Below, one piece after another: positions 63,764 to 64,000 of a stretch of 64,000 nucleotides of DNA; positions within the stretch are counted from its first letter, which is position 1; each line of letters opens with the position of its first letter. This DNA comes from Verrucomicrobiota bacterium (GTDB lineage Bacteria > Verrucomicrobiota > Verrucomicrobiia > Limisphaerales > JADJPG01), in contig JADJPG010000007.1 in NCBI GenBank assembly GCA_016713365.1, positions 27,454 to 91,453 on the forward strand, in the 5' to 3' direction. The translations under genes and the position numbers were made by a program. The notes beneath the pieces were generated by a model. That model had not been told where the DNA came from. It saw nothing but the letters and a program-made list of their open reading frames with translations, and did no database searches.

Positions 63764-64000
63764 ATGAAACATTCTGGCAAGGCCTTCAAAGCAGCGCTGC
63801 GGATCATCTTCTGGACCCTCGTCCTGTTGGTCGCGCTGTTTGCCGCCGGCAAACTGGCCACCCTGCTCGGCAGCGCGGTCATCGCCGTCTCCTCCGGTCT
63901 CATCACCCTCTGGCTGCTCTTCGTTCTCTTCACGCTCTACTTTTTCCGCGATCCGAATCCGGTCGATCCCGCCGACCCGAACGCCATCGTCGCTCCCGGT
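63764..64000 (+). CDS. psd: Phosphatidylserine decarboxylase family proenzyme (N-terminal part; continues beyond the window).
   Basis: A TM N-terminus is followed by YFFRDPNPVDPADPNAIVAPG, which matches the conserved start of the short archaeal-type Psd. Confidence 0.75.
   Translation, partial: MKHSGKAFKAALRIIFWTLVLLVALFAAGKLATLLGSAVIAVSSGLITLWLLFVLFTLYFFRDPNPVDPADPNAIVAPG

Overview
High-GC (about 62-65%) bacterial chromosomal segment. The gene content (DUF1559 prepilin-like protein, giant autotransporter-associated beta-strand repeat protein, ankyrin and EF-hand proteins, ECF sigma plus Ser/Thr kinase with WD40 domain, TatT-type TRAP system) points to Verrucomicrobia or a related PVC-group organism. 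Housekeeping genes are clear and conserved: clpB, rlmN, sdhCAB with dctA, folC, pyrR-pyrB, tRNA-Arg(ACG), pilT, a TRAP transporter operon (tatT-dctP-fused dctQM), rsgA and psd. Accessory content consists of two S8 subtilases, several secreted proteins of unknown function, a Gly-rich repeat protein, an SGNH-hydrolase repeat protein with a decayed tandem duplicate, and a flotillin-linked cluster of a large coiled-coil protein plus a MoxR/McrB-like AAA+ ATPase carrying two copies of a 75-bp nested palindromic element. I propose a cobalamin riboswitch upstream of an operon of unknown secreted proteins (1901-4469). A striking global feature is the number of CDSs broken by single-base indels: at least 11 genes, sometimes with two indels 30-40 bp apart. 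The most economical explanation is indel-type sequencing or assembly error, not biology, and I call those genes as single frameshifted CDSs. No CRISPR array, IS element or rRNA was seen.
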